Shown here in pieces: positions 48,701 to 59,737 of a stretch of 64,000 nucleotides of DNA. The number at the start of each line of letters is the position of its first letter. The first letter of the stretch is position 1. The translations under genes were made by a program, and so were the position numbers. The DNA comes from Fistulifera solaris. Taxonomy: Eukaryota. The notes beneath the pieces are model-generated. The model was given only the letters and a program-made list of their open reading frames with translations, searched no databases and had not been told where the DNA came from. Where the stretch lies: the NCBI GenBank assembly GCA_030295235.1, contig AP026148.1:310001-374000 (forward strand), read 5' to 3'.

Positions 48701-50004
48701 AGAAGACCATCTTAGCTGAGTTGTCGGTTTCGGCGATGCTCAGCTCGCTGACGCGTCGGGCCGTGTGTCCCAATTTTATAACAATACGAGGCGTCTTCAG
48801 CTGCCCGCATCCTCCAGCGCCCACGCACTGGGGAACCATGACTAAAAAGGCGCCACTTGGAGAGTCCTTTGTTCCTGGACAAAAATGCAAGCCTCCAAGA
48901 AAGCCTAAGCAATCATACAGTGGTCGCTACGTGTATATCCGCATGGAACTATGTAACGAGGGCGATGTGGAAGATTTCTTGAAGCGACAACCTGAAGAAA
49001 TGGTTGACATCAACTTGGCCCAAGCTATTACATTTCAAACCGCTTTTGCTTTGTATGCTGCTGCCGACAAGTTTTGTGTTAAACACTACGACATGAAATT
49101 ACTTAACATCTTTTTGCACGCGCCAGAGACCAAAAGGAATCTGGTATTACGATATGGACTCGGATCGCATATATTTTCGGTGAACATGCCTCCTGATCAG
49201 GCTTATATTGCCAAAGTTGCTGACTACGGCACGGCAAATATTCGACCCGAATCAAATGGCCAGCCAGTTACGATCGCGCAATTTACCACTCTAGAAAATA
49301 CTCCCCCAGACTTCATGATACTTGGAGATATGGCAAAACAAGGTCATGCCCACGACTGTTTTGGTCTCGGACTGTGCATGCTCCACCTCTTCACTGGGCA
49401 TGCACCATACGAGGAAATTCTTGAAAAAGTTAAATGCCCTCCTGGGTTCAAGAAACGTTTACGTAACATTTGGGAAAATGAAAAGAACAACGACTACAAG
49501 ATCATTCGAAGTGTCATTCTTACAGATGTTTACAAAGATGAAGCTGGAAATGTTATTGATGGCGAGCCGGACGAGACGCTCTACGATACATTGTACAGAT
49601 TTTTGGTTTTGTTTGGTATTCCTGATGTACAATTCGAAATCAAGCGATGCCCGAAAGTTTGGAAGGCGATACATGAATCATTTGTGCTGTCGCCTACTCA
49701 GAAATCAGGAAAGCCAGCCAGAAGCGCTCAGTCCGATAAGAGTGTTTATCGTCGACATTGCAACATCTTCTCTGTTCTAAATGGAACCAACAAATACATT
49801 GCACGAGCTCGCAAAAGTTTGGAGTCCATGAATGGTGGCTTAGAACTTCTTTTTAAGCTGTGCTCGTTTGACCCTTCCACTCGAGCTACAGCACTTGAAG
49901 TTTTGAATTCGCCCTTCATGGCCAATCTTGCAGAAGTGGAAGGTAGCACTTACCACCCGGACGACACTGTTTACTCCTTCACGAGCTTTTCGACGCATAG
50001 ATAA
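45731..50004 (+). CDS. Large atypical (haspin-like) protein kinase with a long disordered N-terminus and an F-box-like segment; introns 47203-47277, 47635-47704, 47833-47902, 48605-48677; frameshift at about 48460
   Basis: Kinase motifs FLSYGAFKNVY (shifted frame), YIRMELCNEGD, HYDMKLLN, ADYG, TTLENTPP, DCFGLG, FDPSTRATA. Canonical splice sites link the ORFs. Confidence 0.78.
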
Positions 50005-50086
50005 AGTCTATAGTTGACTTTTGCTAATGTAAATGTACTATAACTAGAAATTGATCAAAATTTTCCCGTTTAAAAATGATCTCACA

Positions 50087-51582
50087 TTAGTTTCTCAAAC
50101 AACCCGGACAGTTGTGAAGCGTCTCGTGGAGAAACGCGTCACAGTCAATGCAAAAGTAATTCTGACAATCCGGACATTGCATTCGTAAAGCTTCACAGTT
50201 CGCATCTTGTTGAAGCGTGCCTGAAGGAGATATAATTTCTGCAGCTGTTGCATGAAACGGTCTCAAACAAGCGAAACAGCAGCTTTCATCATCCTTGGCG
50301 GAAATCAAAAGCTTTCCGTCCATCTGCGACAAATAATCATGTTTCAATGCGACTGGACCAGACGAAACAGCAACGGTCGCCGATGGAATGCCGGTCATCG
50401 GGACATCGTCTTTCGTCGATAGTAAGGGACTTTCCATAAAAGTCGCGACAGGGAACAAGTGGTGGAAACTCCGGGCCAAGTGCGATGCTAAAACGAGTTT
50501 GAGACCACAAACTGCACAATCCACGGGAAGCTCGGCATTCTTGGATTGGCATTGCGGGCAAATGTAAGCTGTTCTTGCCAATATTGTTTTCTCTCTCGTG
50601 GCGTGTACGGATTCGGCCATTTCGGAAGATACTCGAACAGGGAACCCCATGCGGATCATTTCACAAGAGAGTTCACGGACTTGATCTTTCAGAGTGGGCG
50701 GTGGGATGCTTTGTCCCTGCATCCATTCTCGAAAGTGCGCCTTATCGAGACAAACACCCATCGTGCCACCGGTGTCTTCCGCCAATTTTCGACATATATG
50801 CAACTCAGCGGACAGCGCGAAGCTCGAGACTCGAATGTGGGCCTGTTTTAGTTTTGGCAAGGTATCTGTCAAAATGTAGCCAGGATCACAGGTCGACAGT
50901 GCCGCGGTAAGAACCACCACTTCCCTCGATCCATGCCGTGGCTGGTGTCCCAGGGATCGACCCGCGACCTCCAATCCGTTCTGTAAGCTGAATTCTCCGG
51001 CCTGATGGGGCGTTTGGGTGGAAGCTACTTGTGCCAGACTTTGTAAGGCCAGTGAATGTGCTTTGCTATTACTCGATAATGGCGATAATATTTCTGCTTC
51101 ACCATTTTTGACATAAATGAAGCCCAAATGCGAAAGGGGGTTCTGATCGTAGTATTGTCGAATGAATTGTTGTAATATTTGCAGTATACAATGAAGCCGA
51201 GTTCCGGGTGGAAGAACGGGGTCCTTCTGTCTCGTCCATCGCGATGCGTCTAGAATAAGTGGGCGTATCGTCAGCGTGTGTATCGCAATATGCAAGACGA
51301 ATGAAAAGAGAGGAAAAGAAAAGAGACCGACTCACCGATGAGTACGTAGACATACCGAATCATATCACGCACCACACGACGATTTCTTTGCGAATGATCG
51401 TTCTGTTCCAGTCGTTTGCGTCGTTTACGAATGGTCTGTGCCAATGTATCGCCGTGCGCCACCACGATCCGGCCTTCGGCATCTTCTTGCACCGTCGTTT
51501 CCCATAAATTTCCTCCTCCCGTATCTTCCCAAGTATGCGTACCCGCTTCGTTGATGCGTGTCGTAGATGCTAGAGCGGACAT
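50087..51582 (-). CDS. GTF2H2: TFIIH subunit p44 (SSL1); intron 51250-51335
   Basis: Motifs RDMIRYVYVLID, YYDQNPLSHLG, SLQNGLE, LSTCDPG, LSAELHIC, MGFP, YICPQC...ELPVDC..CGL.L....HLARSFHHLFP, and C-terminal FCIDCD..LHE.LHNCPGC. Confidence 0.96.
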
Positions 51583-52477
51583 GATGATTTTCCCTGTTTT
51601 AGTTTTAGTTGATGTTTGAATGCAATGGAATTATTGATATCCTCTTGTTTATTAGTACGGAGTATTGTGTTTCACGAGAGAAGAAAAAAAGGCGTCGTCA
51701 AGGGAGCGACGGATGGAGGGACGATCCTTCGATCTGCTTTTGTCGCCTTTCTCTCTTTTTTTTATTTTACTACGTATTGCCGACGTCTCTTTCGCCGCAA
51801 CGATTTTCTCTACAACAACCAAAACAACGAAAAAGTCCAGCAACACTGCTGTGCTATATCTGTCTCATCGTTTTGTGACTTACGAGAGACTGGATGGCAA
51901 GCGACGACAAACCAATAATAGACAACCAGCACACTTACTTATTACGGAGTAGGACTCAAATGCAGTCCTGGGGGAAAAGCAGCGAAATTCATGGTTGTGA
52001 CATGCGCATTCTGGGAGGTTTGTCGCCGTAAAAGAATCAAAAACTGTAAGTTATTCCACGTCATGTAAACTATTCCGTTTTTGAAATTCATTTGTTGTAG
52101 AGAAGCAAACACAAGTACTAAAAAATGGCAACCATAGGAACCCTATGTCTCATGACTAAAATTCAGTCGTGACGAAAAGCACTTTGCAACAATACACGTA
52201 CAAAGTAGTAGGTATTGGTGCTTGACATTCGGACGATTTTCGACTCAAAAGACTCGAAACTAAAGTGATATCCGTTTTCCTTCCGAATGCAGCCGTGGCT
52301 TGTTTGTTTGAGAGCGAAATTTCCGCGTGCCACTAGAAAATTGACGCAAACTCTAAAGCCGCCCTTTTCAATAAACATCGCGTGGCTCGAATGACTCTAG
52401 TAAAACAGATAGTAGACAGGGTAGATCTTAAAATGCTAGAAATTAAGAACCGACAAGAATGAGGAATGTGACCATAT

Positions 52478-53051
52478 TTAGTAGTCTCCACCGCCGCCAC
52501 CGCCGCCGAACATATCCACAGCAGGAGCTTCAGCTTCTTCCTCTTCCACTTTCTCTTCTGTAAAAGTTGTAAAACAATCAGTGAGTCAAATTCTGTTCAC
52601 GACGACTTAAACAAAGTACCGCCCGATGTTGTTTTCTACTCACCTTCCTTGGCATCTTCACCAGCAGCAGCGGCGGCACCGCCACCTCCTCCACTACCAC
52701 CACCACCGCCTCCGGTGGCAGGGAATGCGATCAAATTCTCAATCTTTTCGGGTGTGTTGAAAAAGTTGCCAAAGATAATTGGGAGAAAGGCCTCCACTTC
52801 GTTGCCGGTTGCCTCCAACAGAGCGTTGATTTGATTGGTGCTGACTTCGGCCTATAGAAAAATACGGCGGAACGAAAATTTGAGAGAACCGTTATGATAA
52901 AGGTCAAAGTGACTTTAACTCAATCTCCCTGAAAAGAAAAAAGACGAGAGAACATCGCACATCGAAAAACACTCACCCCACCGTCGTGAAGGGCCAAAAT
53001 AGACAAGGCGACAGCCATTTCTTGCTTTTGTGATGGTGTTAGTTTATCCAT
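52478..53051 (-). CDS. RPLP1: 60S acidic ribosomal protein P1; exons 53051-52977, 52851-52644, 52557-52478
   Basis: The spliced sequence reads MDKL...EMAVALSILALHDGGAEVSTNQINALLEATGNEVEAFLP...Gly/Ala hinge...EEKVEEEEAEAPAVDMFGGGGGGGDY*. Confidence 0.92.
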
Positions 53052-53449
53052 GGTTTTACTTTGTTTTGACGAAAGGTTCTCAGGCGATTTTAAGTCGTTG
53101 AAAAAGACGGCTTGAGCATCCGTTTGTGAGAGAGCGACGACATGGTGGGGCGCGAAACGCAACATTGGACAATTGAGTCGGGCGTATTCGTGACCCGTTT
53201 AGTACTAATTGTGTGATTGTAGGACGCAGCGATCGAAGTTTACCGCTTACCGTCTACTAAACTTTATCTCTAATGTGATGTGGTCAATCAAGCTCTAAGG
53301 TGCGAGGATGTGGACATGGTGTTTAGGTCTACCGTTTTCCTGGAAAATATGTTGTATTATAAACAAAACGACTAGTAGCAGTAAACACTATGCGACTCAT
53401 AGAAAGCATTTCTTGTGGTAATCTAAGTTAAAAGATATTGTCGCCCTAA

Positions 53450-54457
53450 CTAATCTTCCTCGGGTGCATCACCATCAACTTCCTGATTTTCCATGTTAAG
53501 TCGATTAATCATTTCTTCCAATTCATTCTCTTCCTTATCACCCACCACTTTAGGAGCCATTTTTACATCCAGCTTACCTCCTTTCGAAGTAATAACCTCT
53601 TTAATAGCGGCAATAGCGTCATTGAGCAACGCAATGCCGACGTCTTTTTCCAGAGTTGTCGTTGACAGTACGTAGATTGGCGGAGCAATAAGTTTGATTT
53701 TGATGGGTGAATTATCGGTCGCGACCGCCATGCCGGCCGACAAGGCTGCTTGAATGGCATCAATTCCTTCGTAGGTAAAGCACGATACTTCAATATCACT
53801 GCGAATTTTCGTAGGCTGCGGTGCCAGACGACGCAAAATGTAGGACTTGATTTCATCTTTCAAGTCCTGTGGAACATCGATGTCGGCAAAGGGATCGGCT
53901 ACCGTTTTGTCGTCGGAAATGGCCAATTTGAAAGCATCGTAGGCGTGTCCGTATTTCTTATAGAGCGGCCATCCGATGCGTTCGTACAAGTCTTCCAAGT
54001 GATACTTTCTTCGATCAGCGACGTGGCGCAGTACTCCGTGCACCGCCTTGGCTTTATTGAATCGGTCTTCACAGGCCGCTACATCTTCGGGACTGACTCG
54101 TCGTTTCGACAGATCGATGTAACCCTTCTCTTTGTCGACACGGAGGACCATGACCACTTCGTTGCGATTCACGCGAATCAATTTATGAATCGATCGAATG
54201 CGACGGCGTGACAATTCACTCAATAGAATCATACCCTCAATGTTGTCGTATTCCATCAAACTAACGTACGCACCCATGTCGGCAATGTTACGCACGTTGA
54301 CCATGACGACACTTTCAATTTCGGGGTATTTTTCTTCGTAAAAGCGACACGTTAAATTCTTTCGATCCTCGCCGAGGTAAATGCGGAAACCGCCATTATC
54401 TTCCTCCGTGTGACGGCCAACTACGACTGGGGCCTCTTCATTGCCTTCTTCTGACAT
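53450..54457 (-). CDS. EIF2S1: Eukaryotic translation initiation factor 2 alpha
   Basis: S1 domain [32 protein letters not shown] (regulatory Ser conserved), [11 protein letters not shown]. Confidence 0.97.
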   Translation of the reverse strand: MSEEGNEEAPVVVGRHTEEDNGGFRIYLGEDRKNLTCRFYEEKYPEIESVVMVNVRNIADMGAYVSLMEYDNIEGMILLSELSRRRIRSIHKLIRVNRNEVVMVLRVDKEKGYIDLSKRRVSPEDVAACEDRFNKAKAVHGVLRHVADRRKYHLEDLYERIGWPLYKKYGHAYDAFKLAISDDKTVADPFADIDVPQDLKDEIKSYILRRLAPQPTKIRSDIEVSCFTYEGIDAIQAALSAGMAVATDNSPIKIKLIAPPIYVLSTTTLEKDVGIALLNDAIAAIKEVITSKGGKLDVKMAPKVVGDKEENELEEMINRLNMENQEVDGDAPEED

Positions 54458-54765
54458 GATTTATTGATGTATTCGAATATATGAATGATACTTAATAGTC
54501 CCTTTGTTGAATGCTGCTATGGTGGGTCTGGGAAATGCACTTGTTTTGCGGACGGCGACGCGGCGCTCGTACGAGAAAGAAGTGCGGGAGACATACAGAC
54601 TAATATTGCCTGTCCTGCTGTCCGCAAGAAATCGAATGCGAGGGTGCGCGATGATTGGGAAGAAATATTTTTCAACAGGGCAACAACAACAAAAACATCG
54701 GACGAAACGTCGTTCCCTTTTTATTCATCTATATATCATATATAAATCATATATCATAATAACTC

Positions 54766-55236
54766 ATGAGATTGCTAACGCACAATTATCTACAATCTAA
54801 CGTAAAAGGGTACGTCTGGGTGTGACTCGTGACTCTCATCGATTTGAAAGCGCACTGAAAGAATGTCTTCTCTGGTTTTCTTTCACTTTTTGACAGGACG
54901 GAAGAGGGATATCCTCTCGGAATCGTTCCAGAAACTGTTGAAATTGAAAAGTCTCCAGTAGATCGAGAGCTTCTTTTGAGTATTTTACCAAAGTTGAATT
55001 ATGATGCGGTTCACCAAGCGGTAGCGCAACTGCGTTTGCATTGTTCTACGCTGCCGAAGCTTCCTTCCACGCTACCAGAGAATATCAGCAATGACGAAAA
55101 CTTGGTGAATGATTTGTATTTCGTATTGTTTGATGTACACGTGAAAAATGGCTGTTTGGTGTGCCCCGCTACTCAACGGAAATTTCCCATCAAAGACGGG
55201 ATTCCGAACATGATATTACACGAAGATGAAATTTAG
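54766..55236 (+). CDS. TRM112: TRM112 methyltransferase activator; intron 54810-54896
   Basis: Exon 1 is MRLLTHNYLQSNVKG. Exon 2 is TEEGYPL...GCLVCPATQRKFPIKDGIPNMILHEDEI. Confidence 0.95.
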
Positions 55237-55482
55237 TACTAGTACCTGGTACCAGGTAGTTGAGGATGATTGTTGATTGTTTAGAGTCTTGTTTTTGATC
55301 CGATTTCTCGGGATTTATCTCGTAGCACAGAATGTAAGCTTGTGTTCCCTCTCCATACCAGCTAAAATTGTTACCAGGATTTAATAAAACAAGTTTTTAA
55401 ATAAGAACAACTAAATACTACGTATTGATTTCTGGATGAATGACAAGAGTCGTGGGATGTTTTGGTTGTTACTCCTGCTTTA

Positions 55483-55952
55483 TTATTTTACGAGGTCGGT
55501 GCTTTCTCCACGGCGAACTTGAGTCACGCAGATGGGAAACGAACATCCACCTTCTTGCACCATGCAAACTTGACTGAAAGAGAAAGTGACGGAACATTTT
55601 ACATCAGAAACGTTTTGTGGTCGAAATCATGCAAAGCAGTCCCAAGTACTTACTTCCCCGTGCAATCACGGGATGATTCGCAGAGCGTGCTATCGCCTTT
55701 GGCGACGCAGACGACACGGCCTTCAGTCGTTTTAGCGCAGGTAACTCCGCCATCACAGGGATCTCCACGGGATGCACAAGTATTCACTTTGCTTCGATAG
55801 TTGCAGCCATCTAACAAGGGCAAGCACAATCCGGTGGACCAAAAGAGGGAGCGGTCAAAAGGAGAGGTGCCTTCTTTGATCTGCGTGGTATCAGCTGATG
55901 CCGTAGAGTCCAACAGGAAGAGATTGAATAAAAAGAGGAAAGTTTTCATCAT
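55483..55952 (-). CDS. Small secreted cysteine-rich protein (about 129 aa); intron 55574-55653
   Basis: Signal peptide MMKTFLFLFNLFLLDSTASA. An 80-nt GTAAGT...TTTCAG intron extends the ORF with NQVCMVQEGGCSFPICVTQVRRGESTDLVK*. 11 Cys in total. Confidence 0.7.
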
Positions 55953-57026
55953 TTAATGATTGATGACTGGTAAAGATGAGAGTATTTTATATTCCTTCAC
56001 GGAATGAGAATGAGAAAAGTTGGCCGTTCTCGAACTTGGGCGAATTCTCTCGTTCATGAAGGATTTTTTGACACTACTTGTACTTGTACCTGTGGAACTT
56101 GGACGTGGTGGATGATAAATCCTCTATACAATTTCTCGGCTTGTTATTCACGGAATCAAGTATTATGACTCACATTGTGTGTCTTGTGTCTTGTGTCTAA
56201 TCGATACCAAGTACCGGTACCGTACTTGTAGCTTGTAGATCGCTCGTTGAATAATCTGTGAAAGGGCGTTAACATTCTACCTGTAGCCTGCAGCGTTCAC
56301 TGTTCACTGTTCACCCGACGACCATACCAGGTCATGGTAAAAGGTACCAGGTACCGCGACAAAAAAAACTGCATGCAGGGTGCAGGAAGCAGGAACAGGA
56401 GGACCGGAACCGGTACCGGTAAGATTGTACCAAGCTTCTGACCTTGCCGTATCTCGTCGTCAGTACCTTTTTATATCCGAACGGTTCTCATTCGATCTGA
56501 TCTTCAATCTTCATTCCTATATCCCCTTTAACTATAATCCATCATTCTTCCTCTAATCTCCTCGTGAGTCAAGTCAGCTTCCACGGCGACAGGCGAAGTG
56601 TTGTGACAGGAAGAAATTCAGTCGATGTCAAGATTACATTCTGACGTTAGGAAATTAGGAATAAATATTAGTATATGTGATCGAATTAACAAAAAAAAAG
56701 AAGAAGAAATGAGCATGAAAATCGGCAACTTGTACCTTAAATCACGCGGTAAAATTTTTTTTGACTGTCTGGTACACTTTCTACGAGGGGTACATGGTGT
56801 TATGACCGAGCAACACCAGCCAGGTATTTTGTTGTAATCTCTACCTCTAGTATTTACTTTGTATCGAAAACCAAATTTTTCTTCAAAAAATTGCCCGTCA
56901 TTCCTCTTGCTCCGATGACTGAATTCCATCGTTTACCATCCAAACACGACGAGCAACACTCGGAGCAGTGGGAAAAAACTCAACACCGAGGCCGAAATAA
57001 GGGCCAAAAAGGAGCCGACTGCCCCC

Positions 57027-57695
57027 ATGCCCGATTTGGATCATTTAACGTCTGACGATTTTCAACATGTATACGAACCAGCCTCGGATACCTTTCTTCT
57101 CATTGATGCCATACAATATGAACTACGTTCAGGACTTTTCCGAGATCGGTTAGAACCGGTAATCGCCTTGGAGCTTGGTTGTGGAACGGCTGTCCCTTCC
57201 GTATTTCTACGACGGCATTGGCAAGACGTCAAGTACTTTCGACCGACGCTTCTTTCGTTTGCCACGGATGTCAATCCACGCGCACTTGAAGTAGCCCAAT
57301 CGACTGTAAAAATAGCCGATCCGCATCCACATTTCTTTGAGTTTGTTCGATGTGATTTGGCCTCTTCATTACTCAATGGCTTGCATCGACGTGTTTCTAT
57401 TCTCCTCTTTAATCCACCCTACGTGTCGACTCCGGATGAGGAAGTTGGTGGTGTTGATATCGAAGCTTCTTGGGCGGGAGGCAAAAATGGCCGTCGAGTC
57501 ATCGATCGAGCTATCAGTCAAATCGAACACTTACTGGAAAAACCGTACGGGATGGCCTACTTGGTAACAGTCGAAGACAACAATCCATTTGAACTCGCTC
57601 AGAGATTCCAACAACTTGGTTTGAAAATGAGGCCTTTGCTTCGTCGAAAAGCCTTCAACGAGAGATTAACAATTCAAAAAGTGGAATGGATATAA
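57027..57695 (+). CDS. N6AMT1: HemK2/N6AMT1 (Mtq2) eRF1 glutamine methyltransferase
   Basis: Motifs VYEPASDTFLLIDA, LELGCGT, TDVNP.A, FNPPYV, SWAGG..GRRV, RKAFNERL. Confidence 0.93.
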   Translation: MPDLDHLTSDDFQHVYEPASDTFLLIDAIQYELRSGLFRDRLEPVIALELGCGTAVPSVFLRRHWQDVKYFRPTLLSFATDVNPRALEVAQSTVKIADPHPHFFEFVRCDLASSLLNGLHRRVSILLFNPPYVSTPDEEVGGVDIEASWAGGKNGRRVIDRAISQIEHLLEKPYGMAYLVTVEDNNPFELAQRFQQLGLKMRPLLRRKAFNERLTIQKVEWI

Positions 57696-57817
57696 TGAGA
57701 TACGTACGGTACCGCTGCGTATGAGAGTTCGGGTGCCTGTCTATTTGTACTTATACTTGACCCACAAGCGCGTATAAATCTAAACTCACTCATTGTACCT
57801 AATAGCTAATGCAACAT

Positions 57818-58573
57818 TTATACCAGGGATCCTAAAATAGCAGATTTTCCAGCTTTCGCTCCTCCTTCCACAATGGGTTTGATTTGATGTGTCGTCTTGA
57901 ACTTTTTTGTCTCACTTTCTAACATCTTGCCTTCTTTTTCCGCTCGTCGACGCTTGCGTTCTTCGATTTTATCAATCTTTTTCCCGGTTTCCACCAATTG
58001 CTTGTAGGCAGCTGTTTCTTTTCGCGCCTGCATGGTCTCTAGGCGTAGCTTCTGCTCCTTCACGCGTCGTTCGTAGGCGACCTTTTCTGTCAAGTGACTC
58101 CACTCAAACTTGGACAAATACTTCAACACCCACAGATCTCCATAATGAGCACTGCGTTTGTAATTCGTAATAGGTGTTGAATTGAGTGATGCGGCAACAT
58201 GTTTCGCGACTTTCTTTGATGCAAACTCAATCCATCCTTCCACGTAACGCTTCGACCCATTGCCCGACAGCTTCCGCCGTCGTTTACGGACGGCGGCGTC
58301 CTCTCGGCCAAGTAAACACGCGTGATTTCTCCAAAGTCGCCGAGTAACGTCTTTACTTTGGTGGGAGTCATACGGGGAGGGATGCGTGCTAAATAAACGA
58401 TACCTCTCTTTTTCAGTTTTGCATTAAAATCTTCTGTTTTACGGAGTGAAAGCTTGTGGACTTTTTCTATCCGAAGACGCCTTCTCTACAAGGTCGTCGT
58501 TCTGACTGTCTACCGAGCCCTGGTCACTGTTGCTTTGCACCGTTTCTTCATCCTCCTCTTCATTTGTTGTCAT
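57818..58573 (-). CDS. ESF2: Pre-rRNA processing protein ESF2/ABT1 (RRM); frameshifts at about 58480 and 58300
   Basis: Motifs [59 protein letters not shown] at 58573. Confidence 0.88.
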
Positions 58574-59737
58574 TTTTTCGCTTTGACCCTAAAATGCTTT
58601 CTATAAGTCATTCAAGAACAAATAATTGAAGACGAGTTTGTCGGTCAATGGTTGTGCTTTTCTGTTGCTCTTGGAAAACGGTCGATGGTCTGACTATAAT
58701 AATCATGAGCCGTAGTGGTGATTGGTACTAATTGATCAGACATAATCAGAAAGTAGCAAAAGTTGCGATGTTTTGCAGCCAGCCGCCAGCTATTTTTGAA
58801 GATCGATGTACACGTCATCATTTCGGAATAGCGAAATCAGATGAGTACTCAATGGTCTATAGACAAGTGACAAGGATTCAATAATGAAGAACGACGAGAA
58901 AGACGCCGTATTTAAACCTTTCCTTTATTCAACGGCAAGCTCATTACTAACACACTAGGGTTTTATGTAATAATTACTTGAATACTACTAATTCAAAATG
59001 AAATCGTAATTAAGGTATCGGAGGTGGGACTTTCTATGTAGGTCCGAGACAGAGTCATAAACTACAACCCACGATCCGTTGCACATAAGTGAAACTACAG
59101 TTTTTGGTTTTTAGATTTTTGGGACTTGAAGACGTTTAGATTTTTTAGAGACCGCTACTTGCATGTGGAAGGTTTAACGGTGTAGTTTTCATAATTTATT
59201 TTAACAATATTTCGTTCAAATGACTAAATGTTTCTTTTTCGGTCCTAATATTCGAAAAATAAAGATTTTGTGCAAGGAATTCCATTTATTTTATGAATCG
59301 AAAACAGCCAAAACTTGGCCCACGCCAAGTTTCACGTGGTCGGGATCCGGACGAACTCGCTCGAACTTTGAATATAGACCTCCAAAGTACTGCGGGTGTT
59401 TCGTCGAGTGGAACTTCGTTCAAAAATGGCGCGTAACTTCTAACGGACCCTAGAGATTTCTATCGCCTAAGTAATGTCACCCAACTCACCCAACTGAACC
59501 AACTTCTGCTCGGCTGGCGACAAGCCGCGTACAACCTTGCATGGCAAAAATTTGGTGCAATTTTTTTTATAAGCATGTGCTGGACGAATAGCGATTGGAG
59601 GGAAGCCGATTACGAAGCACTCGGGGCTGTGCCAACGTTCAACGCATACTTTCCTATGGAGGCACAATCTCTCCATTAATTCTTTTCGAAAAAGACTCTT
59701 GCGTAAAACGGAGCGTTTGAACGACACTAAAGTCATC

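Noticed and set aside
52160..52400. Possible structured ncRNA or snoRNA downstream of RPLP1
   Set aside because: There is a CTGA on the minus strand but no convincing C box, terminal stem or RNase P/MRP conserved region. An Infernal/Rfam search would be needed.
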